Part shown: positions 1 to 10,005 of the stretch, piece after piece | Position numbering within the stretch: position 1 is the stretch's first letter | Layout of the letters: each line of letters starts with the position of its first letter | From: Oscillospiraceae bacterium | GTDB taxonomy: Bacteria > Bacillota > Clostridia > Oscillospirales > Ruminococcaceae | Assembly (NCBI GenBank): GCA_017399765.1 | Contig: JAFQBH010000014.1 | Coordinates: forward strand, 3,162-67,161 | DNA: 64,000 nucleotides | Direction: 5' to 3' | Program-made: the position numbers and the translations under genes | The notes under the pieces: generated by a model | Told to the model about the DNA's origin: nothing | Databases searched by the model: none | The model's input: the letters and a program-made list of their open reading frames with translations, nothing else

Positions 1-1
1 G

Positions 2-1333
2 GCCGCGGCAATAACCATTGCCGGAATGGCGGATTACGGATATGAAAAAGTTCCCGTGGCAACGGTTCAGAACGGCTACAGAATAATTTCATCAACGACC
101 GAAGCGCATATTTTTCTTGCCAACCTTGACGGAAAAACGCTTATCTGTTCCGAAGGCGAAAACTGTAACCACAGAACATATTCCATTCCCGAAGACGTAA
201 TGGAAGCGGCCGTTTCCGGAGAATATGACGGCAGCGGAACTCTTGACGGAATTTATGAAAGTTCCCATTATACCGTCGGAATCCCGATTAAGAACGGTGA
301 AACAACCCTTGCGGTGCTTTTTGCTTCGACCGAAGCAACGGACGTTTGGTTTTTCATAATGGACCTTATGGATATAATCTTTTTCTGCGCCCTTATCGCA
401 ACGGCGGTTTCCTCCATTGCAATTTACTTTGTAACAAGCAGAATGACAAAACCGCTTCGTGAAATGGCCGCCGCGGCAAAAAGTTTTTCCACCGGCGATT
501 TTACCGTAAGGGTCCATGCGGAAGGCGAAGACGAAATTGCCCAGCTTGCCCGCTCTTTTAACCACATGGCAGATTCTGTGGCGGATCTTGAATCCGTAAG
601 GCGAAGTTTTATTGCAAACGTTTCCCATGAACTTAAAACCCCGATGATGACCATCGGCGGTTTCATCGACGGAATTCTTGACGGAACCGTTCCGGAAGAA
701 AAGCGCGAACAGTATCTTAACATTGTTTCCGAAGAAGTAAAACGTCTTTCCCGAATGGTAAAATCCATGCTCAGCATCGCAAGAATCGAAGCCGGGGATA
801 TGAAAATCAATCCGACGGATTTCGACATAAACGAACTTGTCTGCCGAACTGTTTTTGCTTTTGAACAGAAAATAGAAGAGAAAAAGCTTGAGATAATCGG
901 CCTTGAATCCGACGAAGTTTTTGTAAACGCCGACAACGATCTTATCCACCAGGTTGTTTATAACCTTATTGATAACGCGGTAAAATTCGTAAACGAAGGC
1001 GGACGCATCTCTTTCGCCTATGCTCAGAAGGACGGAAAAGTTTTTGTTTCCGTAAAAAACACTGGAGCCGGAATTGCCCAGCAGGAACTTCCCAGACTTT
1101 TCGACAGGTTCTACAAAACCGATAAATCCAGAAGCCTTGATAAAACCGGAGTCGGGCTTGGACTTTATATCGTCCAGACGATAGTGAACCAGCATAAAGG
1201 CGATCTTCTTGTTAAAAGTGTTGAAGGGGAATATACCGAATTTACTTTCTCGGTACCGGAAACGGATCCGAAAGTTCTTAAAGAAAAGAACAAACGCAGG
1301 ATCCCGGAAGAAAGCGAAAAGACGGAAACATAA
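2..1333 (+). CDS. Sensor histidine kinase, N-terminus cut by window edge (sensor domain, TM, HAMP, HisKA, HATPase_c)
   Basis: Frame is open from nt 2 through the ATG at 26, so the gene probably starts upstream of the window. TM helix FFCALIATAVSSIAIYFV, HAMP-like linker, H-box VSHELKTP, N-box DNAVKF, G-box GVGLGLYIV. Confidence 0.9.
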   Translation, partial: AAAITIAGMADYGYEKVPVATVQNGYRIISSTTEAHIFLANLDGKTLICSEGENCNHRTYSIPEDVMEAAVSGEYDGSGTLDGIYESSHYTVGIPIKNGETTLAVLFASTEATDVWFFIMDLMDIIFFCALIATAVSSIAIYFVTSRMTKPLREMAAAAKSFSTGDFTVRVHAEGEDEIAQLARSFNHMADSVADLESVRRSFIANVSHELKTPMMTIGGFIDGILDGTVPEEKREQYLNIVSEEVKRLSRMVKSMLSIARIEAGDMKINPTDFDINELVCRTVFAFEQKIEEKKLEIIGLESDEVFVNADNDLIHQVVYNLIDNAVKFVNEGGRISFAYAQKDGKVFVSVKNTGAGIAQQELPRLFDRFYKTDKSRSLDKTGVGLGLYIVQTIVNQHKGDLLVKSVEGEYTEFTFSVPETDPKVLKEKNKRRIPEESEKTET

Positions 1334-1443
1334 ATTTTGTCAAAAATATTTAAATTATTCAAGCGATGTTTATTTTTATTTAACATTTTGCGGTTACAAT
1401 ATAATCCGTAAGAATTTTCAGACCCCAAGAGAGGTATTTTAAT

Positions 1444-2973
1444 ATGGATGAATTTGAAAAAAACGAAATGAACGAAAAAACCGCGGAGGAAATCAAGGAA
1501 GAACCGAAAGCTGAAGAAACCGCCGAACGCAACACAAACGCTCCTTCCGGCTGGACTTATTCCGCAAACACAAATCAATATGTTTCCTGGGACGGAAGTT
1601 CTGACGCGAACAACGCACAGTGGAATCCCGGTCAGCAGCAAAAAACCGAACAGCAGCCGCCAAGAAGAGAATACGGCACCCAATACGGTTATTACGGCGG
1701 CCCGCAGCAGACAAATTATTACAGCACCAACGGAAATTATCAATGGGATTTCAATAAATATGAGAGTGCGGACAGTTCTTCGCATCCGAAAGAGAAAAAA
1801 TCTTCCGGAAAAGGTTTTAAGGTTTTCCTTGGAATAATCGGAGCAATTTTTGCCGTTTGCGTAATTTCTCTTTCTTCCGTAGGAATCTACCGCTGGATTT
1901 CCGGAGAAAACAGAACCAACAACCCTGTTGTTGACGCGCCGCATTTCAATATGGAACCGGAAACCTTCCCGGAAGAAATTGCCCCTCCGGAAATCGACCT
2001 TGAGGACATTCCGAAAGAAAACACCGTTTCCACCGACGGAAAACTTTCCGCAACCGAAGTTTATAAAATGACCAGCCCCTCTGTAGTGGGAATCGTTCAG
2101 TACCAGTACAGTTATTCCTTTGAACCCGCCGGTTCCGGTTCCGGAATCATTCTCAGCGACAACGGTTATATTGTAACAAATGCCCACGTTATAGACGGCG
2201 CAGAAACCGTTAAAGTTGTTCTTTATAATGAAGAAGAATATGAAGCAAAAATCATCGGTGCGGATACCCAGACCGATATCGCCGTACTCAAAATTGACGA
2301 AACGAACCTTGTCGAAGCCGAATTCGGCGATTCTTCCCAGGTCGAAATCGGCGAAACCGTATATGCTCTCGGTAACCCCGGCGGTTTAAGTCTTCAGTCC
2401 AGCTTTACCGACGGAATGATAAGCGGTCTTAACCGCGTTATCACCACCGATGACAGCGTTTATTCCATGACCGTTCTTCAGACCAGCGCCGCCATTAACC
2501 CCGGCAACTCCGGCGGCGCGCTTATCAACGAATACGGCCAGGTAATCGGAATCACCAGTTCCAAAATTATTTCCACTGATTATGAAGGCATCGGCTTTGC
2601 AATCCCCACCGAAACCGCGAAACCGATCATTGAAGAAATCATCAGGAACGGTTACGTTTCCGGAAGAGCAAAACTCGGAATTACCGGAACCACCATCGAT
2701 TCCGTAACCGCAAAATATTATGACGTTCCCGAAGGCGTTCAGATAATCACTATCGAAAATGACAGCTGCCTTTTCGGAACCGACGCAAAAGTCGGCGATA
2801 TCATAATTGCTTTTGACGGCGAAGATATTACAAAAATGGAAGACCTTCAAAGCCTTCTTGCGGAACGTTCCCCCGGCGATGAAGTTGAAATTACTCTTTA
2901 CCGCTATTCCGCAACAAGAATGAATGACCTTACTTTTACCGTTACAGTAAAACTTGCCGAAAACAAAGGTTAA
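1444..2973 (+). CDS. htrA: HtrA/DegP-family trypsin-like serine protease with C-terminal PDZ domain
   Basis: 509-aa ORF with RBS AGAGAGG. Catalytic His (VTNAHV) and Ser (NPGNSGGAL). Q/N/Y-rich N-terminus plus one TM. PDZ-like C-terminus. Confidence 0.9.
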   Translation: MDEFEKNEMNEKTAEEIKEEPKAEETAERNTNAPSGWTYSANTNQYVSWDGSSDANNAQWNPGQQQKTEQQPPRREYGTQYGYYGGPQQTNYYSTNGNYQWDFNKYESADSSSHPKEKKSSGKGFKVFLGIIGAIFAVCVISLSSVGIYRWISGENRTNNPVVDAPHFNMEPETFPEEIAPPEIDLEDIPKENTVSTDGKLSATEVYKMTSPSVVGIVQYQYSYSFEPAGSGSGIILSDNGYIVTNAHVIDGAETVKVVLYNEEEYEAKIIGADTQTDIAVLKIDETNLVEAEFGDSSQVEIGETVYALGNPGGLSLQSSFTDGMISGLNRVITTDDSVYSMTVLQTSAAINPGNSGGALINEYGQVIGITSSKIISTDYEGIGFAIPTETAKPIIEEIIRNGYVSGRAKLGITGTTIDSVTAKYYDVPEGVQIITIENDSCLFGTDAKVGDIIIAFDGEDITKMEDLQSLLAERSPGDEVEITLYRYSATRMNDLTFTVTVKLAENKG

Positions 2974-2981
2974 CAAACAGC

Positions 2982-3012
2982 AAAAAATCCCTCCTTTGCG
3001 GAGGGATTTTTT
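2982..3012. terminator. Bidirectional intrinsic terminator shared by htrA and the convergent MATE gene
   Basis: AAAAAATCCCTCC-TTTGC-GGAGGGATTTTTT: GC-rich stem flanked by an A-run and a T-run. Confidence 0.8.
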
Positions 3013-3102
3013 AACGAAATTTTATATAAAACAAACATGAATGATGTCAAAGCTTTAAACACCATAAAGAAAAGAGACCGTCATATGACTGCATCTTCTT
3101 TT

Positions 3103-4442
3103 TTATTCGGCTGTATCCTGATTTCCGAGATATTTCTTTCTGTAGTAAAAATACGGAAGCAGCACACAAAGCATTGCTTCGAACCAGGATGCGGGTTCTG
3201 CTATAAACAGCGCATCGGCACCTATATAATGTATCAGCACCTTGGACATAAGCACACGTGCGATAAATTCCGCAACACCCGAAAGCATCGACCAGCTTGC
3301 AATGCCCATCGCCTGATGAACGTTGCGGAATACATGCAGGATATGAAGCACAATAAAGCAAAGAGACATAATTGTCAGGTATCTCACCGCAATTGATAAC
3401 GCCTCGAAGCCGCCGGATTCGTTTACGTCAAGAAATACGCGCAGTATCTGCCATCTTGTAAACAGTGTAAAGCTTGTGATTATTACGGCTGTTACTGTTA
3501 CAATCTTTACCGATGCAGCAATTCCCTTCTTTACCCTGTCAACCTGTCCTGCTCCATAGTTCTGCGCGATAAAAGTGCAGGTCGCTGCACCGAACGACAT
3601 GGCAAAACACTGCAGGAAGCTGTAAAGTTTGTTGGTTGCTGTATAGCCGGCAATAAAAAGACTGCCCTGAAGATTGATGCTTGACTGAAGGATCATGCCG
3701 CCGAGGGTAATAATTACAAACTGCAGACCAAGCGGCAGACCAAAGAAAAGCATTTTTCTGATTCTTTCTCTGTCAAAATCCCAGGATGATTTATCGAGGC
3801 AGATGCAGTCGATTTTTGATATTGCAATAATGCAGAAAATTAAAGAAATAAGCTGTGCAAGCAAAGACGCAGCCGCCGCGCCCACAACACCCCATTTGAA
3901 TACGAACACAAAAAGACAGTCCAGTAAATGTTTACTATTGCCGCAATAATCATCGCCGCAAGAGGTGTTCTTCCGTCCCCCAGACCACGGAGAATGGATG
4001 CACACATATTGTAACCCATAACAATCAGCGTGCCGCAAACCATTGTTGTAAAGTATTTTGCGGCATCATAAACAATATCCGCCGGTGTATTAAGCAAATG
4101 CAAAAGCGGTTTTGCCGCTGTAACGCCAATTACTGTAAGGATTATACCGATTATTGCGCAAAGCAGAACTGATGACGCAATATATCTGTTCATTTCCCTG
4201 TAGTTTTTCTCGCCGAAAGCCCGGGAAACAAAGGTTGCGAAAGCTTGTGTAAGCCCGCCCACTGTCCACAAAATAAGCCAGTAGCTCCAGTCAGTTGCGC
4301 CTACTGCCGCAAAAGCCTTGATGCCCACACCCCTGCCCACAATGGCACCATCGGCAATCATATAAAGCTGCTGGCCAACGTTGGTCATAATCAACGGAAC
4401 AGCAAAGCCGAGAATATGCTTTGCAGGACTGCCCGCCGTCAT
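3103..4442 (-). pseudogene. MATE-family efflux transporter interrupted by a -1 frameshift (or assembly indel)
   Basis: ORFs 4442-3840 and 4038-3103 overlap. ...AAMIIAAIVNI in one frame continues as LLDCLFVFVFKWGVVGAAAAS in the other. The junction is at the A-run 3926-3928. Combined length is about 445 aa, typical of 12-TM MATE proteins. Confidence 0.75.
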
Positions 4443-4501
4443 ATCTGTTATGCGTTTTTTCTCATTCCGGTTTCTCCGCCAAGTTTAAATTCAGAAAATG
4501 A

Positions 4502-4530
4502 ATTATAGCATGTCAATGTAAAATTTTCAA
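4502..4530 (-). promoter_or_regulatory. Sigma-A-type promoter for the MATE gene
   Basis: The minus strand reads TTGAAA-17 nt-TATAAT with a TGc extended -10. Confidence 0.55.
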
Positions 4531-4572
4531 CTATCGGCAATAGCTGATGAGCTTTTTCCTTACTGAGTTTTC

Positions 4573-4611
4573 AAAAGAGGTCACACCTGAAATTTAGGCG
4601 TGACCTCTTTT
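4573..4611. other. Orphan strong hairpin between divergent MATE and spoVT genes
   Basis: AAAAGAGGTCAC-15 nt loop-GTGACCTCTTTT: 12-bp perfect stem with short T/A runs on both sides. Confidence 0.5.
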
Positions 4612-4751
4612 GCGTCAAAATTAATTTTATATCCTATTGATTCAATCAAAAGAATTTTCCAAATTCCGCCTGTTTTTAAATTTGAATATACAAAAATCTC
4701 CTGCAAATAATATGGAAGTAAAAGCAAGATTTAACAGGAGGTTTTTAAAAT

Positions 4752-5294
4752 ATGAAAGCAACGGGAATTGTCAGAAGGATTGACGACCTCGGAAGAGTCG
4801 TTATTCCGAAGGAAATCCGAAGAACAATGAGGATCCGGGAAGGCGACCCCCTTGAAATTTTCACCGATAACGAAGGCGGAGTGATTTTTAAAAAATATTC
4901 TCCCATAGGCGAACTTTCTTCCTTCGCCGGCCAGTATGCGGAAGTTCTTTATAAAGTGGGTGGGTGCCCGGTTTTGATCTGTGATAGGGACAGCGTTGTT
5001 TCCGCCGCCGGAATTCCGAAAAAGGAGATTCTTGAGCGAAGAGTTACCCCCATGCTTGAAGACCTTATGGAGCGCAGGGCGGTTTACAGCAGAACCGGTG
5101 CTTCCGGCGAAAATCTTCTTTTTCCTGTGGAGGGAATTGACAAAGCGGCTCTTTCTGCAGCGGCAATAATTGCCGCAGGCGATGTTTGCGGTGCGGTTGT
5201 TTATCTTTCCGACGGAAGAGAAAAAGCCGGTGAAGCAGAAACAAAACTTGTTTCCGCTGCGGCAAATTTCCTTGGAAAACAGATGGAAGAGTAA
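4752..5294 (+). CDS. spoVT: Stage V sporulation protein T (AbrB-type SpoVT N-domain + GAF-like C-domain)
   Basis: N-terminus MKATGIVRRIDDLGRVVIPKEIRRTMRIREGDPLEIF is the canonical SpoVT/AbrB swapped-hairpin motif. Length 180 aa. RBS AGGAGG. Confidence 0.9.
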   Translation: MKATGIVRRIDDLGRVVIPKEIRRTMRIREGDPLEIFTDNEGGVIFKKYSPIGELSSFAGQYAEVLYKVGGCPVLICDRDSVVSAAGIPKKEILERRVTPMLEDLMERRAVYSRTGASGENLLFPVEGIDKAALSAAAIIAAGDVCGAVVYLSDGREKAGEAETKLVSAAANFLGKQMEE

Positions 5295-5377
5295 TAAAAT
5301 TATTTTAAAATATTATAATATAAAATATATAAAATAAACAAACAAAGTTAGAAAAACGGCTTGATTATGCAAAAAAC

Positions 5378-5412
5378 AAAAAAGCGGAAGGCTATGCCTT
5401 CCGCTTTTTTCT
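5378..5412. terminator. Bidirectional intrinsic terminator
   Basis: AAAAAGCGGAAGGC-TAT-GCCTTCCGCTTTTTT. Confidence 0.8.
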
Positions 5413-5430
5413 TTCTTTTTTAATTTCGAA

Positions 5431-5658
5431 TTAAAGAAAACCTTCGGTTTTGCTGTAAGGGCACCAAGCTCTTACTTCGATGATGTTGTTGCAGTCCTCG
5501 TCGGTTGCGCGGACATAAAAACTGTTCTGCCAACCGAAAGGATCGGGCTGTTCAAGCGGATCATAAGCATGAACAACGTAATAACCGTTGTCGTCCTTAT
5601 AAGCTCCGTCTTCGATCATGTTGTATTTTCTTCCCTGGAATGTAATTTCTCTGCGCAT
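5431..5658 (-). CDS. Hypothetical small protein (75 aa)
   Basis: GGAGG RBS 8 nt upstream of the ATG and a terminator downstream. No recognisable motif. Confidence 0.55.
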   Translation of the reverse strand: MRREITFQGRKYNMIEDGAYKDDNGYYVVHAYDPLEQPDPFGWQNSFYVRATDEDCNNIIEVRAWCPYSKTEGFL

Positions 5659-5847
5659 CTTTTATGCCTCCGATAATTTACTGATTATAGAATACTATAA
5701 ATTTCAAATTAAATCAATAGTTTTTCGTTTTTTTACAAAAGTGTAAATTTTTGTGACAACTATTGAATAATTTAAAAATCTGATTTATAATTGTTGAATG
5801 TGAAACAGTTTCTAATCCAACAATCATTTATAAAAGGAGGAAAAACC

Positions 5848-6297
5848 ATGTGTGAAAGATATTATATCAACACCGAACTCAGAATTCTTTCCCGCAATAT
5901 AAACAATTATTTCATAAATTACGGCAACCGAAAAAAGGTAGATAAAATGACCGGTTCCGGTGCATGGATAATTGCTTACATTGCAGAAAACGGCCACAGA
6001 GATGTTTTTCAGCGCGACCTTGAAAAAGAGTTTGATATAACCCGCTCCACTGCTTCAAAAAACGTTGATCTTCTTGTTGAAAACGGATTTATCACAAGAG
6101 AACAGGTGGATTATGATGCCCGCCTTAAAAAACTTGTTCTTACTGAAAAAGCAAAGGACGTCTTTAAAATTATGAGAAACGACCGCGCTGCCCTTGAAGA
6201 ACAGATGCTCCGCGGTTTTTCCGACGAAGAGAAAAAACAGCTTCGCGGTTTTTTAAAACGCCTTGCTTTAAATATTGAACCCGGGGAGGAGATTTGA
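5848..6297 (+). CDS. MarR-family transcriptional regulator
   Basis: ATG at 5848 is preceded by AAAGGAGG. The track ORF start at 5791 lacks an RBS. Winged-HTH region RDLEKEFDITRSTASKNVDLLVENGFITRE. The stop overlaps the next gene. Confidence 0.85.
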   Translation: MCERYYINTELRILSRNINNYFINYGNRKKVDKMTGSGAWIIAYIAENGHRDVFQRDLEKEFDITRSTASKNVDLLVENGFITREQVDYDARLKKLVLTEKAKDVFKIMRNDRAALEEQMLRGFSDEEKKQLRGFLKRLALNIEPGEEI

Positions 6298-8048
6298 TGA
6301 TAAAACGCCTTGCGAAAAGTATTCGCGAATATAAGCTTCCTTCATTTCTTTCCGCTCTTTTTGTAAGCCTTGAGGTTGTAATGGAAGTTCTTATTCCTTT
6401 TGAAATGGCGGATATGCTCGACCACGGAATAAACGCCGGAAACATGGATTTTGTTATCCAAAGCGGAATAAGGCTTGTGATTTTTGCCAGCCTTGTAATC
6501 CTTTTCGGAAATCTTGCCGGAAGAGCGGCTTCCACCGCCGCCTGCGGTTTCGGAAAAAACCTCCGCCATGATATGTATTATAATATCCAGAATTTCTCCT
6601 TTTCAAACATAGATAAATTTTCCACCTCGAGCCTTATCACAAGAATGACCACCGACGTTCAGAACGTTCAGCAGGCATATCTTATGCTTGTTCGAACCGC
6701 TTTCCGTTCGCCGATCATGATGGTTTTTTCAACGGTTTTTGCTTTCAGGATATATCCGAAACTTGCAATGGTTTTTGTCGCCTGCCTTCCGATACTTATG
6801 GGCGGACTCTATTTTATAATGACCAAAACCCACCCGATTTTCAAAAGGGTTTTCAAAACTTATGACCGCCTTAACAGAACGGTTCAGGAAAACCTCCGCG
6901 GAATCCGCGTTGTAAAATCTTTTATCCGCGAAGACCATGAATCTGAAAAATTCGACGAAACTTCCGAATCCATCCGCAGAGATTTTACCAGAGCGGAACA
7001 GAACATCGCCTGGAACGCTCCTCTTATGCAAAGCTGTTCCTATGTCTGCATGCTTCTTGTTTCCTGGCTTGGCGCAAAGGCAATAATTGCTTCCGGAAAC
7101 AACCCGGATCTCGGCCTTACCACCGGTATGCTTATGAGCCTTATAACTTATTCCATGCAGATCCTTATGAGCGTTATGATGCTTTCTTTCATCTTTGTCA
7201 TGATCATAATTTCACGCGAAAGCGCCGAACGAATCTGCGAAGTTCTTAACGAGGAAAGCGACCTTAAAAACAACGAGCACCCGGTTTTTGAAATTCCGGA
7301 CGGAAGCATCAAATTTGAGCACGCAACTTTCCGTTATTCGGAAAAGGCAGATAAAAACGTGCTCAACGACGTTTGTCTTGAAATAAAATCCGGCGAAACG
7401 GTCGGAATCCTCGGCGGAACCGGTTCTTCAAAATCCACTCTTGTTCAGATGATTCCCCGCCTTTATGACGTTACCGAAGGTTCCGTGCTTGTCGGCGGAA
7501 AAGACGTTCGGGAATATGATCTTGAAACCCTTCGCGACAGCGTTGCAATGGTGCTTCAAAAGAACGTTCTCTTTTCCGGAACCGTTCGCGAGAACCTTCT
7601 TTGGGGAAATGAGCACGCAACTCAGGAAGAAATTGAGCACGCCTGTGAACTTGCTCAGGCGGCACCTTTCATAAACGAAATGCCCGAAAAATATGAAACC
7701 TATATTGAACAGGGCGGTGCAAACGTTTCCGGCGGACAGAAACAGCGCCTTTGCATTGCAAGGGCACTTCTTAAAAAACCGAAAATTCTTATTCTTGATG
7801 ATTCAACAAGCGCAGTCGATACCAAAACCGATGCCCTTATCCGCAAAGCTTTTTCGGAAGAAATTCCCGATACCACAAAAATTATAATTGCCCAGCGTGT
7901 TTCCTCCGTTATGGAAGCGGATAAAATCATCATTCTCGATGCGGGGAAGATCGTAGCAATGGGAACTCATGAAGAACTTATGGAAACAAGCGAAATTTAC
8001 CGCGAAACCTACGAATCCCAGATGAAAGGAGGACTTTCTGATGAATGA
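6297..8048 (+). CDS. ABC exporter, fused permease/ATPase subunit 1 (heterodimeric multidrug-type)
   Basis: Six-TM N-domain. Walker A GGTGSSKST, signature VSGGQKQR, Walker B ILILDD. ATGA overlap with the marR stop; TTG at 6294 is an alternative start. Confidence 0.9.
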   Translation: MIKRLAKSIREYKLPSFLSALFVSLEVVMEVLIPFEMADMLDHGINAGNMDFVIQSGIRLVIFASLVILFGNLAGRAASTAACGFGKNLRHDMYYNIQNFSFSNIDKFSTSSLITRMTTDVQNVQQAYLMLVRTAFRSPIMMVFSTVFAFRIYPKLAMVFVACLPILMGGLYFIMTKTHPIFKRVFKTYDRLNRTVQENLRGIRVVKSFIREDHESEKFDETSESIRRDFTRAEQNIAWNAPLMQSCSYVCMLLVSWLGAKAIIASGNNPDLGLTTGMLMSLITYSMQILMSVMMLSFIFVMIIISRESAERICEVLNEESDLKNNEHPVFEIPDGSIKFEHATFRYSEKADKNVLNDVCLEIKSGETVGILGGTGSSKSTLVQMIPRLYDVTEGSVLVGGKDVREYDLETLRDSVAMVLQKNVLFSGTVRENLLWGNEHATQEEIEHACELAQAAPFINEMPEKYETYIEQGGANVSGGQKQRLCIARALLKKPKILILDDSTSAVDTKTDALIRKAFSEEIPDTTKIIIAQRVSSVMEADKIIILDAGKIVAMGTHEELMETSEIYRETYESQMKGGLSDE

Positions 8049-9948
8049 TAAAAAAATCCCCGCAAAAAAGCCCTCTCTTGATATGGTGACCATAAAAAGA
8101 CTTCTTTCATATTTCAGAAACTACCGCCTTTCGATGGTTTTTGTTTTCCTTTGCATAATTCTTTCAACCGCCGCAAGCGTAGCTTCTTCTCTTTTTATAA
8201 AAACCCTTATCGATGATTATATAACTCCCCTTGTCGGCGTTCAGAATCCGGATTTTTCCTCCCTTATCGCCGCAATTTTCGGAATGGCGGTGCTTTATCT
8301 CACCGGAATTTTTTCTTCCCTTTTCTATAACCGCACCATGGCCAAAGTTTCCCAGAACATTTTGAAGGATATCCGTTCCTCAATGTTCCGCCATATGCAG
8401 CGTCTGCCTATAAAATATTTCGACACCCACAGCCACGGCGATGTTATGAGCTATTATACGAACGATGCGGACGCCCTTCGCCAGATGCTTTCCCAAAGTA
8501 TTCCTCAGGTTATCCAATCGCTTCTTTCCATAACCTTCGTCTTTGTTTCAATGCTTATCCAAAGCGTCTGGCTCACGGTTTTCGTCCTTATCTTCACTTT
8601 CTTCATGATGAAGCTCCTTGGAAAAATAACAGGAAAATCCGGACACTATTTTATGGAGGCCCAGCGCTCCATTGCCGGAATGAACGGCTATATCGAGGAA
8701 ATGATAAACGGCCAGAAGGTTGTTAAAGTTTTTAACCACGAAGAAAAAGCGAAAGAGTCTTTTGACGTAAAGAACACCGACCTTTGCGATAACGCAACCA
8801 ACGCAAACAAACTTGCAAACACCCTTATGCCGCTTATGAACGGTCTCGGATTTTTCCTCTATGTAATAATTGCAATAATCGGCGGCTATCTTGCTCTTTC
8901 CGGACTTCCGAACCTCACCCTTTTCGGAATGGGAACTCTCACCCTCGGTACTATCGCTTCCTTCCTCCAGCTTTCAAGAAGCTTCTGCCAGCCCATAGGC
9001 AACGTTTCGAACCAGATAAACTCCGTAATAATGGCCGTTGCCGGCGCAAAGAGGATTTTTGAATTTATCGACGAACCTATCGAAGATAACAGCGGAAAAG
9101 TAACCCTTGTCAATATGACAATGAAAAACGGCGTTATCGAAGAAACGGACGAACGCACCGAACAATGGGCATGGAAAATCCCCCATGAGGACGGAACTTT
9201 TGAATTCCGCGAACTCAAAGGCGGAGTTCGCCTTGAAAACGTTGATTTTTCCTATGTTCCCGGAAAGCGCGTTCTCCATGACGTTTCGTTCTATGCGGAA
9301 CCGGGACAGAAAGTTGCCCTTGTCGGCGCAACCGGCGCAGGAAAAACCACCATCACAAACCTTATCAACCGTTTTTACGATATTGAAAACGGCGTTATCA
9401 CCTATGACGGAATCAATATCCGCGATATAAGCAAAGACGACCTTCGCCGTTCCATGGGCGTTGTTCTCCAGGACGTAAACCTTTTCACCGGAACGGTTAT
9501 GGAAAATCTCCGTTACGGAAGACCCGATGCCACCGATGAGGAATGTATCGCTGCGGCGCAGCTTGCGGATGCGGATTCTTTTATCCGTATGCTTCCTAAA
9601 GGTTACGACACCGTTCTTGAAGGCGATGGAAGCGGACTTTCGCAAGGCCAGCGTCAGCTTATTTCCATAGCCAGAGCAGCCGTTGCGGACCCGCCGGTTA
9701 TGATCCTTGACGAGGCAACTTCCTCCATCGACACAAGAACTGAAGCCATTGTACAGCGCGGAATGGACGCTCTTATGTACGGAAGAACCGTTTTTGTAAT
9801 TGCCCACCGTCTTTCCACCGTTCAGAACTCCGACGTAATCATGGTTCTTGACCACGGAAGAATTATTGAGCGCGGAAGCCACGATAAGCTCATAGAACAG
9901 AAAGGAACTTATTACCGGCTTTATACCGGCGCTTTTGAACTCGACTGA
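8041..9948 (+). CDS. ABC exporter, fused permease/ATPase subunit 2
   Basis: Walker A GATGAGKTT, signature LSQGQRQ, Walker B VMILDEATS. 8-nt overlap with the upstream ABC gene. Confidence 0.9.
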   Translation: MNDKKIPAKKPSLDMVTIKRLLSYFRNYRLSMVFVFLCIILSTAASVASSLFIKTLIDDYITPLVGVQNPDFSSLIAAIFGMAVLYLTGIFSSLFYNRTMAKVSQNILKDIRSSMFRHMQRLPIKYFDTHSHGDVMSYYTNDADALRQMLSQSIPQVIQSLLSITFVFVSMLIQSVWLTVFVLIFTFFMMKLLGKITGKSGHYFMEAQRSIAGMNGYIEEMINGQKVVKVFNHEEKAKESFDVKNTDLCDNATNANKLANTLMPLMNGLGFFLYVIIAIIGGYLALSGLPNLTLFGMGTLTLGTIASFLQLSRSFCQPIGNVSNQINSVIMAVAGAKRIFEFIDEPIEDNSGKVTLVNMTMKNGVIEETDERTEQWAWKIPHEDGTFEFRELKGGVRLENVDFSYVPGKRVLHDVSFYAEPGQKVALVGATGAGKTTITNLINRFYDIENGVITYDGINIRDISKDDLRRSMGVVLQDVNLFTGTVMENLRYGRPDATDEECIAAAQLADADSFIRMLPKGYDTVLEGDGSGLSQGQRQLISIARAAVADPPVMILDEATSSIDTRTEAIVQRGMDALMYGRTVFVIAHRLSTVQNSDVIMVLDHGRIIERGSHDKLIEQKGTYYRLYTGAFELD

Positions 9949-9959
9949 TAAAAAACAAC

Positions 9960-9992
9960 AAAAAAACACCTGCCGGCGGCAGGTGTTTTTTT
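9960..9992. terminator. Bidirectional intrinsic terminator
   Basis: AAAAAACACCTGCC-GGC-GGCAGGTGTTTTTTT. Confidence 0.85.
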
Positions 9993-10005
9993 ATGCTTTC
10001 AAAGA

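Noticed and set aside
4544-4551. CUGAUGAG, the hammerhead ribozyme core word.
   Set aside because: There is no complementary stem II, no downstream GAAA core segment, and no cleavage-site helix. It is a chance 8-mer.
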